Source of the DNA: a virus
Lineage: Duplodnaviria > Caudoviricetes
Length of the DNA stretch: 64,000 nucleotides
Strand: one strand, 5' to 3'
IMG/VR virus record: IMGVR_UViG_3300029969_000013
Location: 13,111 to 77,110 of that record
In this document: in pieces, positions 20,987 through 30,787 of the stretch
How the letters are laid out: every line of letters begins with the position of its first letter
Numbering within the stretch: the stretch's first letter is position 1
Position numbers and translations under genes: made by a program
The notes under the pieces: generated by a model
What the model saw: only the letters and a program-made list of their open reading frames with translations
Databases searched by the model: none
Told to the model about the DNA's origin: nothing

Positions 20987-23311
20987 TTGTTGAAACTTGA
21001 TGCTGTTCAATGTTCGAAAAATCTAGGAGTTAAATACAACGTAACATTTAGAATATTAGATGAAGCAACAGGTCAGTTAGTTTCTGAACATATCGGTCAT
21101 AATCAAGCTACAAATTCAATGTTAACTGGTATTGCACATTATCTTAAAGGTGATGGTGTTCTCAATCAAGCAAAATATATGTTATCTAGACATATTCCTA
21201 GATACATATCTCTTGGTACTATGGGGCTATTCTCTCAAGATGAGGAAGTTGTTGCTGTGCCTACCGATCAGGGTAAAATTGAATATGTAAACACTGGACT
21301 ACCTGCAGGTATAGGTGACAAGTTATATGAAGATGATGGTGTTACAGTACGAAGTGAAGTAGATCGATTCAAATCATATATAGCTACTATGCCAGGATAT
21401 GGTGCAGATGGTTATGATAGCAATCGCAATAACAATAGAAAGTATATGGGATTAGGTCCTGTATTTGCAAACAGAGCTTCTGCAAATACTGAGAATCCTA
21501 AAACTGTAGATTGTGAATTAATATCTGATACGTTTCCAAGAGCTGCTATTTCATATAGAGAAATTGTACCTGAAACCCATTCTGAAATTTCAGAAACTAT
21601 TGATATTATATATAGTGCTATGATATCAACTGGTGCACTTGCACAATTCAGAGAGCCTGATAAGGATTATGTATTCATAACAGAATCAGGTTTATGGTCT
21701 TCTGATGTATGGACAAGTGGTGCAAGTAACGGCTTATTAGCTGGATATAGAATTGTTCCGCCTGATGAGAAAAATTGGGATATGACTAAGGAAGCTAATC
21801 GTGAGCTTCTCAAACGTAATATCTTGAAAGTTCGTAAGAATCAAGTTGTTCAAGTAATATGGAAAATTCAGTTAGGTTCACATCGTCAGCTGATTGGTAA
21901 AGATATGCATTGTGATTGTACATGTCCATCTCCTGATTGTCCTTGTCATGGTGGTCAAGATCCAAAGCCTGAATATCCAAAGATCTCTTTGAATATTGTA
22001 CAAACTAATGTTATGTTGAATCCTGGTGAATCTGCTACATTAGATTTAGATATAACTACTACTGCTGCTGAAGGAAGCACACCTATTACAGAACGTTGGA
22101 CACCTACATCTTTTACTAAAGTTATATGGTCTTCAAGTAATCCTTCAATTATATCAGTTGATACTGCTGGTAAAGTTACAGCATTAGCATCTGGTGAAGT
22201 TTCAATTGTAGCTAAACTTTCATCTGATAATGCTATATACGATACGTGTACTGCAATAAGTAAAGTTGATTTGCCGATTGATGAGGAATCTATTGCATAT
22301 GCTATGTTTTCTACTGGTAGTATGTATTTAGGTGCTCGTGTTCAAGTTACAGCTAATCAGCTTGCAGTTAAAGAGCAGCTCATATGGGAAGCATCTGGTA
22401 ATCCTGATGGCGTTATAACTGGAGTTGGATCAAATGCTGGTATGTATCTATTATGTGATAATACATCAGAGTCTAGGCCATCAGTAGTGTCTAATGGTTG
22501 GAACTATTTTGATATAAATGTATTTGCACCTGATACTATAACATATTCTTTGTCTAATTATACAACACCTGATGGTATATATCGTGGAGGTTCATTACAT
22601 AAGCTTCCTAATGATTATGTTATGCCTTCTATTCGACTCATAAATGTTGCATATAACTTACAAACGTTAGAACATATTGATGCTACACTTGGATATACAG
22701 TTGTTATAACTGAAGAGCTTGCAACAATTTTATCCCCTACACAGCCAAGTAGCTCTAGCATATTCACGCAAGTGTCATTGTCAGACGGAAGGAAGATTTC
22801 AGGCTATTTAGTAGGTACAATTAATTCCACAAATGTAACTGCTACTTACACAGAAAATGGATCTACAGCTTCTAAAATATTACATGGCTACGGATCTATA
22901 CACATGAATTCATCTGAAAATTCACAAGTTCATATATACATAGAACCTGGAAACTACGCGATATATCAACTTCTGCATAGTGGAAATTTTGGATATTTTG
23001 AGTTTGTAAGTGCTACACCTACTACTCCAGTTCTCTTATATGTACAAGAACGTGTTCAATTATCAGATGATGGATACATTATAAATAACGGAAATAGTCG
23101 GTCAGGGTTGATATATTGTAATGGTGGAAATCTTATAGAGTCGGATGGTAATTCATATCCATCATTTATTTGTGGTACACATAGTGATATCAGATTGTAT
23201 GTAGAGGCACCTAATGGAACAATTAACATACGTAATGATTCAGTTGTTAGAGGATGCTTGTATGCTGATAACATTGTATTAGGTAACGATGTACAAGTTA
23301 TCATTGAATAG
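20987..23311 (+). CDS. Tail fibre / receptor-binding-like protein with Ig-like (Big_2) domain
   Basis: TTG start; VIWSSSNPSIISVDTAGKVTALASGEVSI Big_2 motif; Cys-rich linker HCDCTCPSPDCPCH; beta-rich C-terminus. Confidence 0.6.
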   Translation: MLKLDAVQCSKNLGVKYNVTFRILDEATGQLVSEHIGHNQATNSMLTGIAHYLKGDGVLNQAKYMLSRHIPRYISLGTMGLFSQDEEVVAVPTDQGKIEYVNTGLPAGIGDKLYEDDGVTVRSEVDRFKSYIATMPGYGADGYDSNRNNNRKYMGLGPVFANRASANTENPKTVDCELISDTFPRAAISYREIVPETHSEISETIDIIYSAMISTGALAQFREPDKDYVFITESGLWSSDVWTSGASNGLLAGYRIVPPDEKNWDMTKEANRELLKRNILKVRKNQVVQVIWKIQLGSHRQLIGKDMHCDCTCPSPDCPCHGGQDPKPEYPKISLNIVQTNVMLNPGESATLDLDITTTAAEGSTPITERWTPTSFTKVIWSSSNPSIISVDTAGKVTALASGEVSIVAKLSSDNAIYDTCTAISKVDLPIDEESIAYAMFSTGSMYLGARVQVTANQLAVKEQLIWEASGNPDGVITGVGSNAGMYLLCDNTSESRPSVVSNGWNYFDINVFAPDTITYSLSNYTTPDGIYRGGSLHKLPNDYVMPSIRLINVAYNLQTLEHIDATLGYTVVITEELATILSPTQPSSSSIFTQVSLSDGRKISGYLVGTINSTNVTATYTENGSTASKILHGYGSIHMNSSENSQVHIYIEPGNYAIYQLLHSGNFGYFEFVSATPTTPVLLYVQERVQLSDDGYIINNGNSRSGLIYCNGGNLIESDGNSYPSFICGTHSDIRLYVEAPNGTINIRNDSVVRGCLYADNIVLGNDVQVIIE

Positions 23312-23322
23312 AGGTGAGATAT

Positions 23323-23661
23323 ATGGATGAAATTATGTTTACACCTGCAGCTGTATTGGATCTTCTGACCCAAATTGAAGAGTTACGTGGGTATGATATT
23401 GGTATAGATGATTCTTCTAATATGCTACGAGTTACAATTGGAGATTCAATTTACAACATAAATACTCGTAATACAACTGACATATCTGTAGATGAATCTG
23501 TCGTAGATGATGTTGAACTTGTAAATCAATCAGCTTATGATAATTTATCAGATTCTGGTGAAGTTGAACTTGAGCCAATTAATTCTGGGTTGATAAAACA
23601 AGTAGCAAAAACTCTATTAGTTGGCGGTCTTGTCAGACTAACTGCAAAGCTTTTGAAGTAA
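23323..23661 (+). CDS. Hypothetical protein (head module)
   Basis: GAGGTG RBS; acidic 112-aa ORF. Confidence 0.65.
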   Translation: MDEIMFTPAAVLDLLTQIEELRGYDIGIDDSSNMLRVTIGDSIYNINTRNTTDISVDESVVDDVELVNQSAYDNLSDSGEVELEPINSGLIKQVAKTLLVGGLVRLTAKLLK

Positions 23662-23674
23662 GGAGTGATTTTAT

Positions 23675-25015
23675 ATGAGGGCACGTGTAAAAGATAAGCC
23701 TATAATTGATGCATCAGATACACCCATATTAGGTACATATGAAGGTGAAGCATTAGATACTAATATTACAAACAACAATGGTTTGGATATTACTGCAGAG
23801 GTAATTAAACAAGTTTTAGCATCTGACGAATATGCACAAGGTCTTGAAAACGGTTGGTTCATCGGATTCCTAGGTCATCCAGAAGATCCAAACTGTATGG
23901 ATTTTAAAGATGGATGTATTGTATTAACTGATATGTCAATAGATGATAACGGCAAAGTTTATGCTAAATTTAATCTTATTGATACACCAGTAGGTAGAAT
24001 TGTAAAGACTCTTCAAGATGCTGGAGTAGTATTTGGAATTTCTATAAGAGGGGCTGGAGATATTGTAGGTAACTCTGTAGACCCAGATACTTTTGTATTT
24101 AGGGGATATGACCTTGTTTCATTTCCAGCATATCCAGACTCTATTCCTACATTTACAGCAATTGCAGCTTCTACTAATCTAGAAGACAGAAAGAAGTATC
24201 AAGCTGTATGTGCAGCTGTTAAAAATAATCTGTCTACTATAACAAGTGCATCTACTATAGATGTATTGAAATCTCAATTTGCACCTCAGTCAAATGAATA
24301 TAAGTTGCTAGAATCTAGACAGACTGAGCTAGATGTTGACATTGTAGATGATGTAAATGCACAGAAGATAGAAGCAATGACTCAGCTGTATTTAGATGCA
24401 ATGCAAAATGTAACTTCGTTGGCGAAACAGCTTGAATCTGAAAAGAGACAAAATGCTTCTATATCATCTGCAACTCGTCGTAAATTAGCAGCTGTTGAAA
24501 GAATAACTGCAAGTCAGCTGCACGATGCTCTTTCTGAATTAGATTCTATAAAGGCATCTTATAGGGATATGAAGCATAAGAATGCTATATTAGGTGCTAA
24601 ATTATCTGAAGTAAAAAAGACTAACCTTATATATAAACAGAAGGTAGAATCAAGTACATCCGAACTCAGAAAGAAGAGTAGAATTATTGCAAGTCTTCAA
24701 AGGGAGCTTAGTGAAACCGTCACAGCAAGTTCTAAGATCAAGGCAAGCGCATCTAACCTAGGTGTAAGTAATGAACGTCTTCAAGATGAGGTGAACATTT
24801 ATAAAAATCAGCTTGATTCTTATCAACAAGCTTATGCAAGTATGTATGCTGCTGCAGTTGGTGTAGATCCAGGACATCTTCCTATCACATCTTCTACGTC
24901 TATAGAAGATTTACAAGATATGATTGAAAATGCAACAAATACAGCAGGAATGTCTTCGATGATAGAACCTGTATATATCGAAGATGAAGATGATACAGAT
25001 ATTGCAACCTTGTAA
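23675..25015 (+). CDS. Prohead protease (T4 gp21-like) fused to coiled-coil scaffold
   Basis: GFLGHPE (His), GISIRGAG (Ser), YDLVSFPAY (Asp); long coiled-coil C-terminus; directly upstream of capsid gene. Confidence 0.8.
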   Translation: MRARVKDKPIIDASDTPILGTYEGEALDTNITNNNGLDITAEVIKQVLASDEYAQGLENGWFIGFLGHPEDPNCMDFKDGCIVLTDMSIDDNGKVYAKFNLIDTPVGRIVKTLQDAGVVFGISIRGAGDIVGNSVDPDTFVFRGYDLVSFPAYPDSIPTFTAIAASTNLEDRKKYQAVCAAVKNNLSTITSASTIDVLKSQFAPQSNEYKLLESRQTELDVDIVDDVNAQKIEAMTQLYLDAMQNVTSLAKQLESEKRQNASISSATRRKLAAVERITASQLHDALSELDSIKASYRDMKHKNAILGAKLSEVKKTNLIYKQKVESSTSELRKKSRIIASLQRELSETVTASSKIKASASNLGVSNERLQDEVNIYKNQLDSYQQAYASMYAAAVGVDPGHLPITSSTSIEDLQDMIENATNTAGMSSMIEPVYIEDEDDTDIATL

Positions 25016-25063
25016 TAACTATAACCTTATATGTAATTAAATAAATATTAGGAGTGATTCTAT

Positions 25064-26539
25064 ATGGCAATTAAGAGATCGTCTCGTAGACCTATTGCGT
25101 CTAGCGTAAATAGACGTAGACCTATTACAGCTGGTACAAGCATTACTTCTGGTGCTAGAAGTAAGAAAGCTCCAAATTCTAAGATAATGGCAAGCTTCAA
25201 TGCATTGAATCCAGCACAGAGAGCATTTGTTCGTCAGCTGCAGTCAACATGTCGTAAGCATTCATCTATCATGGGTGCAACTAATACATCTAATATTGCT
25301 GCAAGACCTGAATTCATGGAACTCCTTCCATTATTCGTTCAGAAGCTGCTTATTCTTGATGTATTCGGATCTGTTGCAATGAAGTCCAGACAGCAGATGA
25401 TTCCGTATTTCAAGTTTATAGCTGAAAACACTAAAGGTGAAACTGCTAAGGGTACAATCTTGTCAAGCCCAATGGTTCAGAGACAGGGTCTTGATCCAAA
25501 CTTCACAGGACGTGTTGTTAAGAATGAAGTTATCGGTTCGGGTGTGCTTACAGCAGCTGCTGATACAGTTATTGCATCGTTTGCATATCTTCCTGTACTT
25601 CCTGGTTCTGTTACAATCGAAACAAATAAGAGCGGTACTACTACATCTTATGTAGATAATGGCCTTGGTGAAATTCTTGACAGCACACAGACTACAATTG
25701 CTAATATCAACTACAGCACAGGCGAAATTACACCTGTTACAGCTGGTGTTACACCTCTTACACTCGCAAGCGGCGATACAATGAAGGCTACATATCAGTA
25801 TGACAATGAGACTGTAGGCCCAAATGCCGAAGGTAATTACGGTGCTCAGATGGGTAAGGGTTATCTACAGCTTGATGAATTCAATCTTATTGCTGAAGCA
25901 CATCAGCTTGCTTGCTACTGGTCAATCTATTCTGCATTTGCAGCTCAGACAGAATACGGCAGCAACATTGCAGATGTTGCCAAGGAAGCAGCATTCTCTG
26001 AACTTACAGCTGAGATTAACACAAAAGGCTTCCAGGAACTTGAAAAGGCTGCAAGCTTCAAGCCGCAGTATAACTGGGATGCATCTCCAGTTCTTACAGG
26101 TTCTGTTGTGCCTTCTGATTATCTCAACATGTTCAAGCTCAAGCTGAACCAGGCATCTTCTGCTATTTATCAGGCAACTAATCTGTCACGTGGTAACAGA
26201 CTTGTAGTCGGTTCTAACGTAGCTGCTTATGTTGCAATGATTGATAACTTCGTTGCAGACAGCACAGAAGATACAGTAGGTCCATATAAGCTTGGTCGTC
26301 TTGATCAGTTTGAAATTTATGTAGATCCTGCTTACGATCCTAATAAGTGGGTAATGTGCTGCAAGTCTAACGACATTAGACGTAACTCTGCACTGTTTGG
26401 TGAGTACATGCCATTCACAGATACACAGGCAATTGGTCTTGCTAACTCTAGCGTTCAGCAGGGCTACGCTACAATGTATGCTATGAAGGTTGTAAACCCA
26501 GCAACAGTTGTCAGTGGTAAGATTACAGGCGTATTTTAA
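25064..26539 (+). CDS. Major capsid protein (T4 gp23-like)
   Basis: FNLIAEAHQLACYWS...ELTAEIN and C-terminal GYATMYAMKVVNP gp23-family motifs; Arg-rich propeptide; beta insertion domain. Confidence 0.85.
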   Translation: MAIKRSSRRPIASSVNRRRPITAGTSITSGARSKKAPNSKIMASFNALNPAQRAFVRQLQSTCRKHSSIMGATNTSNIAARPEFMELLPLFVQKLLILDVFGSVAMKSRQQMIPYFKFIAENTKGETAKGTILSSPMVQRQGLDPNFTGRVVKNEVIGSGVLTAAADTVIASFAYLPVLPGSVTIETNKSGTTTSYVDNGLGEILDSTQTTIANINYSTGEITPVTAGVTPLTLASGDTMKATYQYDNETVGPNAEGNYGAQMGKGYLQLDEFNLIAEAHQLACYWSIYSAFAAQTEYGSNIADVAKEAAFSELTAEINTKGFQELEKAASFKPQYNWDASPVLTGSVVPSDYLNMFKLKLNQASSAIYQATNLSRGNRLVVGSNVAAYVAMIDNFVADSTEDTVGPYKLGRLDQFEIYVDPAYDPNKWVMCCKSNDIRRNSALFGEYMPFTDTQAIGLANSSVQQGYATMYAMKVVNPATVVSGKITGVF

Positions 26540-26584
26540 TTAATACGCCTACCAATACAATTATAATGACGGAGGTTATGCAAT

Positions 26585-26992
26585 ATGGCAACTTATAAGA
26601 TTAAGATCACCTATAATGGTCCTGCAAAGCCTGAAAGTATTCGCTTTGTAGCTCCAATTTGTCCTATTTACTGCCCTTGCAATAGTTATACAGATACCGC
26701 AGGATATGACGGCACTGTATATGATACTAATGTTAAAGGCTTCGGCGAAATTGATGTTATGGAGCCTTATGCTTCTACATCATTCCCATTCCCAGTACCG
26801 CTTGCACAGTTCAAGGTAGCTGTTATTGGTACACCTGTTACTGCATCTGATCCGGACGGTCCTAAGTATGTTGAATTTGATGTTGACACATACATGGAAG
26901 CATTCTGGTACAAGCAGGCCGGCGTTGCTCTTGCCGATCAAGGCTTCGTAGTAGAAGTTACAGAAAATAAACCGGCAGCTGGTAATTCCTAA
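26585..26992 (+). CDS. Putative capsid decoration protein
   Basis: 135 aa immediately after capsid gene, GGAGG RBS. Confidence 0.45.
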   Translation: MATYKIKITYNGPAKPESIRFVAPICPIYCPCNSYTDTAGYDGTVYDTNVKGFGEIDVMEPYASTSFPFPVPLAQFKVAVIGTPVTASDPDGPKYVEFDVDTYMEAFWYKQAGVALADQGFVVEVTENKPAAGNS

Positions 26993-27026
26993 TCAATTCA
27001 ATCTTGTTTGTAAGGAGGTCTAACAT

Positions 27027-27737
27027 ATGACAATGAATGAAATCGTTGAACAGGTAGCATTTATGTTAGGCCTACCTGCAAACGAAAATGTAGAAGGTAT
27101 GCAAATCGAACAAGCTGTTAACATTGCATTCAGAGAGCTGAAGCGATACATGAAAACTCCTGTAGATAAAACAGTACCATATGCTCCTAGATTAGATCTA
27201 GTGAAATTAGGTATCAACACCAAAAGAGTTTTATACGTACAAGCAGCTCATCCGAAGCTAGGTCTTACCTTAGGTTCTATTGAAAGCGGTAATGTCTTTC
27301 AAGTAGCAGCGTCTGTAAATACATCAAGTACAGGTAATTCCGGTACATCGATAAATATAGACCCTATAATGAATGAATTAGCATTATCGCAAGTTCGTAA
27401 TTGTCTTGCAACAGATTTTCAATGGAAACATGATACACTTAACAATGTAGTCTATTGTGCGCACAGAGCTCCTGTACCCGCCGCAGTTACAATTCGTTAT
27501 GTACCTATATACAACGATGTATCTGAAATAGTAGGAGACACCTGGATAGATTACTTAATACGAATGAGTGAAGCCAACATGAAAAAGTCATTAGGCAGAT
27601 CACGTTCTAAATATAAAATCGACGGGTCTAATGTTTCACTTGACGGGGATACACTTTTATCTGAAGCTAATGCGGAGCTGGAAGCTATTCGCAATGAGCT
27701 GAAAGAAAAAGGCAGTAAACTTGTTATTCTTAATTAA
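27027..27737 (+). CDS. Head completion / neck protein
   Basis: EQAVNIAFREL N-terminus; GRSRSKY...SLDGDTLLSEANAELEAIRNEL typical of gp13-like neck proteins. Confidence 0.65.
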   Translation: MTMNEIVEQVAFMLGLPANENVEGMQIEQAVNIAFRELKRYMKTPVDKTVPYAPRLDLVKLGINTKRVLYVQAAHPKLGLTLGSIESGNVFQVAASVNTSSTGNSGTSINIDPIMNELALSQVRNCLATDFQWKHDTLNNVVYCAHRAPVPAAVTIRYVPIYNDVSEIVGDTWIDYLIRMSEANMKKSLGRSRSKYKIDGSNVSLDGDTLLSEANAELEAIRNELKEKGSKLVILN

Positions 27738-27773
27738 TAAAAATTCAATGTACAATACAAGGAGGAATTGCAT

Positions 27774-28109
27774 ATGTTCATTCAGAAGAAAGGCATTAGA
27801 AGAAGAGTTATGGCGGAGACTGATGTAGCACCTGATGCTGCAGAGCTGTTATTCCAGGCTGAAGATGTTGCTGAGCTTGTTGCTGAGGTTACCGGTGAAG
27901 TTGTTGAAGTTGAAGCTGACGACGCAGGTGAGTCTGTTACATTCAATGTCGGCGAAGAGGCATTTACAGTTGAAGCTGAAGGTACAGAAGAGACTGTTGA
28001 ATCTTCTACACGTCTTGCTCGTTCTAAGAGACCTGTATCTGCATCTACTAAGCGTGGTACTGTTGGAAGAAATAGCAGAACTGTACGTAAGGCACCTCGC
28101 AGAAGATAA
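27774..28109 (+). CDS. Small acidic protein with basic termini (candidate internal head protein)
   Basis: GGAGG RBS; RRRVMAET N-terminus, Glu-rich core, Arg-rich C-terminus. Confidence 0.7.
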   Translation: MFIQKKGIRRRVMAETDVAPDAAELLFQAEDVAELVAEVTGEVVEVEADDAGESVTFNVGEEAFTVEAEGTEETVESSTRLARSKRPVSASTKRGTVGRNSRTVRKAPRRR

Positions 28110-28118
28110 TCGTTATAT
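28108..28118 (+). promoter_or_regulatory. TCGTTA-class promoter-like motif (representative copy; probably middle)
   Basis: AATCGTTATAT; TCGTTA recurs at 28110, 29705, 32405, 33536, 37703, 38385, 38494, 42501, 46355, 48991, 49686, 50241, 53244, 53809, 57930, 60839, nearly all intergenic. Confidence 0.65.
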
Positions 28119-28134
28119 AATATGTAAATACGAC

Positions 28135-28172
28135 ATAAGGCTTCTAAGTAATATCGCTTGGGAGCCTTATTT
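28135..28172 (+). terminator. Probable intrinsic terminator
   Basis: ATAAGGCTTCTAAG / CTTGGGAGCCTTAT stem plus T-run. Confidence 0.6.
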
Positions 28173-28193
28173 ACTACATTTGAGGTGATAATT

Positions 28194-29201
28194 ATGAATG
28201 TTAAACGTACTAAGAGACAACCTGTATTAGCAGGAGAAACATTGAAGAAGCTTACAAGTTTCTTAAAAGGTGTATCTGAGAAGCTGTTTAATCTATTTGA
28301 TACGTTAGGTGATGAAGGCTTGAAGATTATAGATCAGAAAGATACGCAAGACGGTGGTCAATGGTTAAAGTTAGAATATAACGGTAATAATGCTGAAATA
28401 ACAATTACACCTGCAGACGATAAAGGTGTATTCAATATTATCTTGAAATCTCCAATGGGTGGTACAACTAAGTTTGACAAGATAAGCGAAGCGGATATTG
28501 ATACTAAAGTTAAGTCAGCGTTGAAAGATATATTCAGTAGCACACAGCTGAGTTTTTCTAATCCTAATAAGCTTAAAGTTACATTACAGAGTGTAACATC
28601 GGCAACAGGTGTAGACATTAATTTAACTGCAATCAAAGCTAATTATGATACATCGGCAGCTATTCAAGATTTGGAAGCTATACTAGGTGACGATGATTTT
28701 GTATCGCAAGTTACAGCTGAACCTATTTCATTTGAAATCACAGATAATGGTGAATGCTTTGATATTGAAGAAACATGCAGCTTTGACACTTCGGATACAA
28801 TTGTACAGCTTATTCAAGCAGCAATGCAGTTATGGGCTAACTTAAAAGTTATCCATTGGGCTGCTAGAGGCTTAAATAGTTTTGAGCTGCATTCAAAATC
28901 AGATAACTTAGCATTCTGGGTGATGAATGATGTAGACTGCTTTGGAGAGTATCTTGTTGAATTTAAATGCCCTGCAGTTAATCCATTACTAAATCAATGT
29001 AATTTATCGTTGATATCAGACCAGCAAGGATTTAATGCCGAAGAAGGATATTGTATAATGAAGTCAGAAATTTCTAAATATGTAAACATATTAGAAACAT
29101 TATATGTTAACTTTCCGCATGATTTCCAAAGTGTTCTTGATAACATGATAAGAACTTGGAAGAAAGAATCTGAATATTTCCTCACAAGAGCTACAATGTA
29201 G
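28194..29201 (+). CDS. Hypothetical protein with ferritin/Dps-like C-terminal domain
   Basis: GAGGTG RBS; C-terminal NLKVIHWAARGLNSFELH...E..VE resembles the Dps/ferritin-like helix 1-2 pattern. Confidence 0.55.
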   Translation: MNVKRTKRQPVLAGETLKKLTSFLKGVSEKLFNLFDTLGDEGLKIIDQKDTQDGGQWLKLEYNGNNAEITITPADDKGVFNIILKSPMGGTTKFDKISEADIDTKVKSALKDIFSSTQLSFSNPNKLKVTLQSVTSATGVDINLTAIKANYDTSAAIQDLEAILGDDDFVSQVTAEPISFEITDNGECFDIEETCSFDTSDTIVQLIQAAMQLWANLKVIHWAARGLNSFELHSKSDNLAFWVMNDVDCFGEYLVEFKCPAVNPLLNQCNLSLISDQQGFNAEEGYCIMKSEISKYVNILETLYVNFPHDFQSVLDNMIRTWKKESEYFLTRATM

Positions 29202-29211
29202 GAGTGTCTAT

Positions 29212-29697
29212 ATGCTTAAACGTGTACGCAATATAGTATATGCACACTGTTCTAATTTTGATGAATGGTATAATCATTGTATTCAAATAAGTTCAAAATC
29301 TGAAGTTGATGAATTGTATGAATCTGCATATGTTCAATATATGGATATGATTGGTGAATCACATTATGTGCTCAAATATAATGAAGTCAAAAATATGGTT
29401 TCTATCATAAGTAGCCCAGACTGGGACACTCGTCAAGAGCCTACAGTAGGAGATAGTATATGTGCTTCTTATGATGAGTATGGTGAAGTAAAGTGCAAGC
29501 TAATCAAATCTACAGGACAAATATATCATAATAAATGGATGTTTGTTCAACCATCATATACAGGATTCAACATTACAGCTTCCAAGTTACGAACAGTGTT
29601 ATGGAATCGTATTCTTAACATCAAAGAGCTTAAATGTAAAATATCATATCGCAAGTATTGGAATCAATTATTGAAAGAAAACGGATTGTCTCTATAA
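29212..29697 (+). CDS. Hypothetical protein resembling the accessory domain of phosphorothioation-associated methyltransferases
   Basis: VSIISSPDWDTRQEPTVGDS...QIYHNKWMFV motif (recognised from memory, not searched). Confidence 0.45.
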   Translation: MLKRVRNIVYAHCSNFDEWYNHCIQISSKSEVDELYESAYVQYMDMIGESHYVLKYNEVKNMVSIISSPDWDTRQEPTVGDSICASYDEYGEVKCKLIKSTGQIYHNKWMFVQPSYTGFNITASKLRTVLWNRILNIKELKCKISYRKYWNQLLKENGLSL

Positions 29698-29753
29698 TGT
29701 AGATTCGTTATATACATTACAGTCTGCTACATACTATGTAGAGGAGGATAGTA

Positions 29754-30152
29754 ATGTCACTAGAAAAAGATTCCAAATTCAGACGACATCTAGAACATTG
29801 TGATAATATATATGTAGAAGTAAGAAATGTGATGAAATCTGCTAGAAGATTATCAGAACATTATAACAATCAACTGCTGCATTCTAATGCAATATCTCAT
29901 GTTGTACGAGGTGATGAATTGGAAACACATCCAAGTTTAGCTGATAGTAAGAATGAATATGAAGCACGTCATATAAGAAATCTATTTTGCACAATTGATG
30001 ATAAAGAAGTATGTGATGCTGTGTATGATTCGTTTTATGATAGTAAATCTGCTAATCACCTTATATATGTGTATAACAATGTCGAAGATGAACCTCGTAA
30101 GGCTCGTGTACGTGTTCTGACTCGCATGTTATGGCATACATTGATTAAGTGA
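29754..30152 (+). CDS. Hypothetical protein
   Basis: GAGGAGG RBS, TCGTTA motif upstream. Confidence 0.7.
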   Translation: MSLEKDSKFRRHLEHCDNIYVEVRNVMKSARRLSEHYNNQLLHSNAISHVVRGDELETHPSLADSKNEYEARHIRNLFCTIDDKEVCDAVYDSFYDSKSANHLIYVYNNVEDEPRKARVRVLTRMLWHTLIK

Positions 30153-30166
30153 ATGGAGGATTAATT

Positions 30167-30646
30167 ATGAGTGAAAATAAAAATACTGTAGAGGATATCT
30201 TAACTCCACCAACAGATTCGGATGTAGATGTTAAAAAGGAATCGGCTGATAAGAAAACAACTGATACAAAATCTACTGCAAAGAAAACAGAATCTGCGAA
30301 AAAGACAGAAACTGCAAAGAAATCTGATTCTGAGAAAACTGCATCTAAAGAAGATACAAAAGTTACAGAGAAACAAGTTGAAACTTCAACAGGTACAGAG
30401 TTAGTAACAGACAAATCAAATAAGTTGACAGCTGGTACAGAATTTACAGCGAATCGCTTAGTACGAATCTACCCTACATCTAATATGTATATGTATACAA
30501 ATACACGTTCAGGCAAGATGTATATATATGCAGATGGTGTAGTAAACGGCCGTATTCGTCTAACTGATGATATAGAAAAAGTTGGTCAGCCCTTCGGTTG
30601 TATCGGCTGGGCATCTGTAGATGCTGTAATGCTATGTATTGAATAA
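30167..30646 (+). CDS. Hypothetical protein, Lys/Thr/Ser-rich N-terminus and SH3-like C-terminus
   Basis: GGAGG RBS; C-terminal NGRIRLT...GWAS resembles cell-wall-binding SH3-like modules. Confidence 0.55.
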   Translation: MSENKNTVEDILTPPTDSDVDVKKESADKKTTDTKSTAKKTESAKKTETAKKSDSEKTASKEDTKVTEKQVETSTGTELVTDKSNKLTAGTEFTANRLVRIYPTSNMYMYTNTRSGKMYIYADGVVNGRIRLTDDIEKVGQPFGCIGWASVDAVMLCIE

Positions 30647-30658
30647 GGAGGTATTCAT

Positions 30659-30787
30659 ATGAGTGATGTAAAGAAGCTTACTACTGATAATGGTTTGATC
30701 GAATCTATCGAATGTGACCTCACATACGAAGATTTACCCGAAGATATGAAAGCAGAGTTTGCTGATGGTAAAGGAGGCGAAGACTAA
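30659..30787 (+). CDS. 42-aa acidic peptide upstream of endolysin
   Basis: AAGGAGG RBS; MSDVKKLTTDNGL...EFADGKGGED; stop overlaps endolysin ATG. Confidence 0.55.
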   Translation: MSDVKKLTTDNGLIESIECDLTYEDLPEDMKAEFADGKGGED

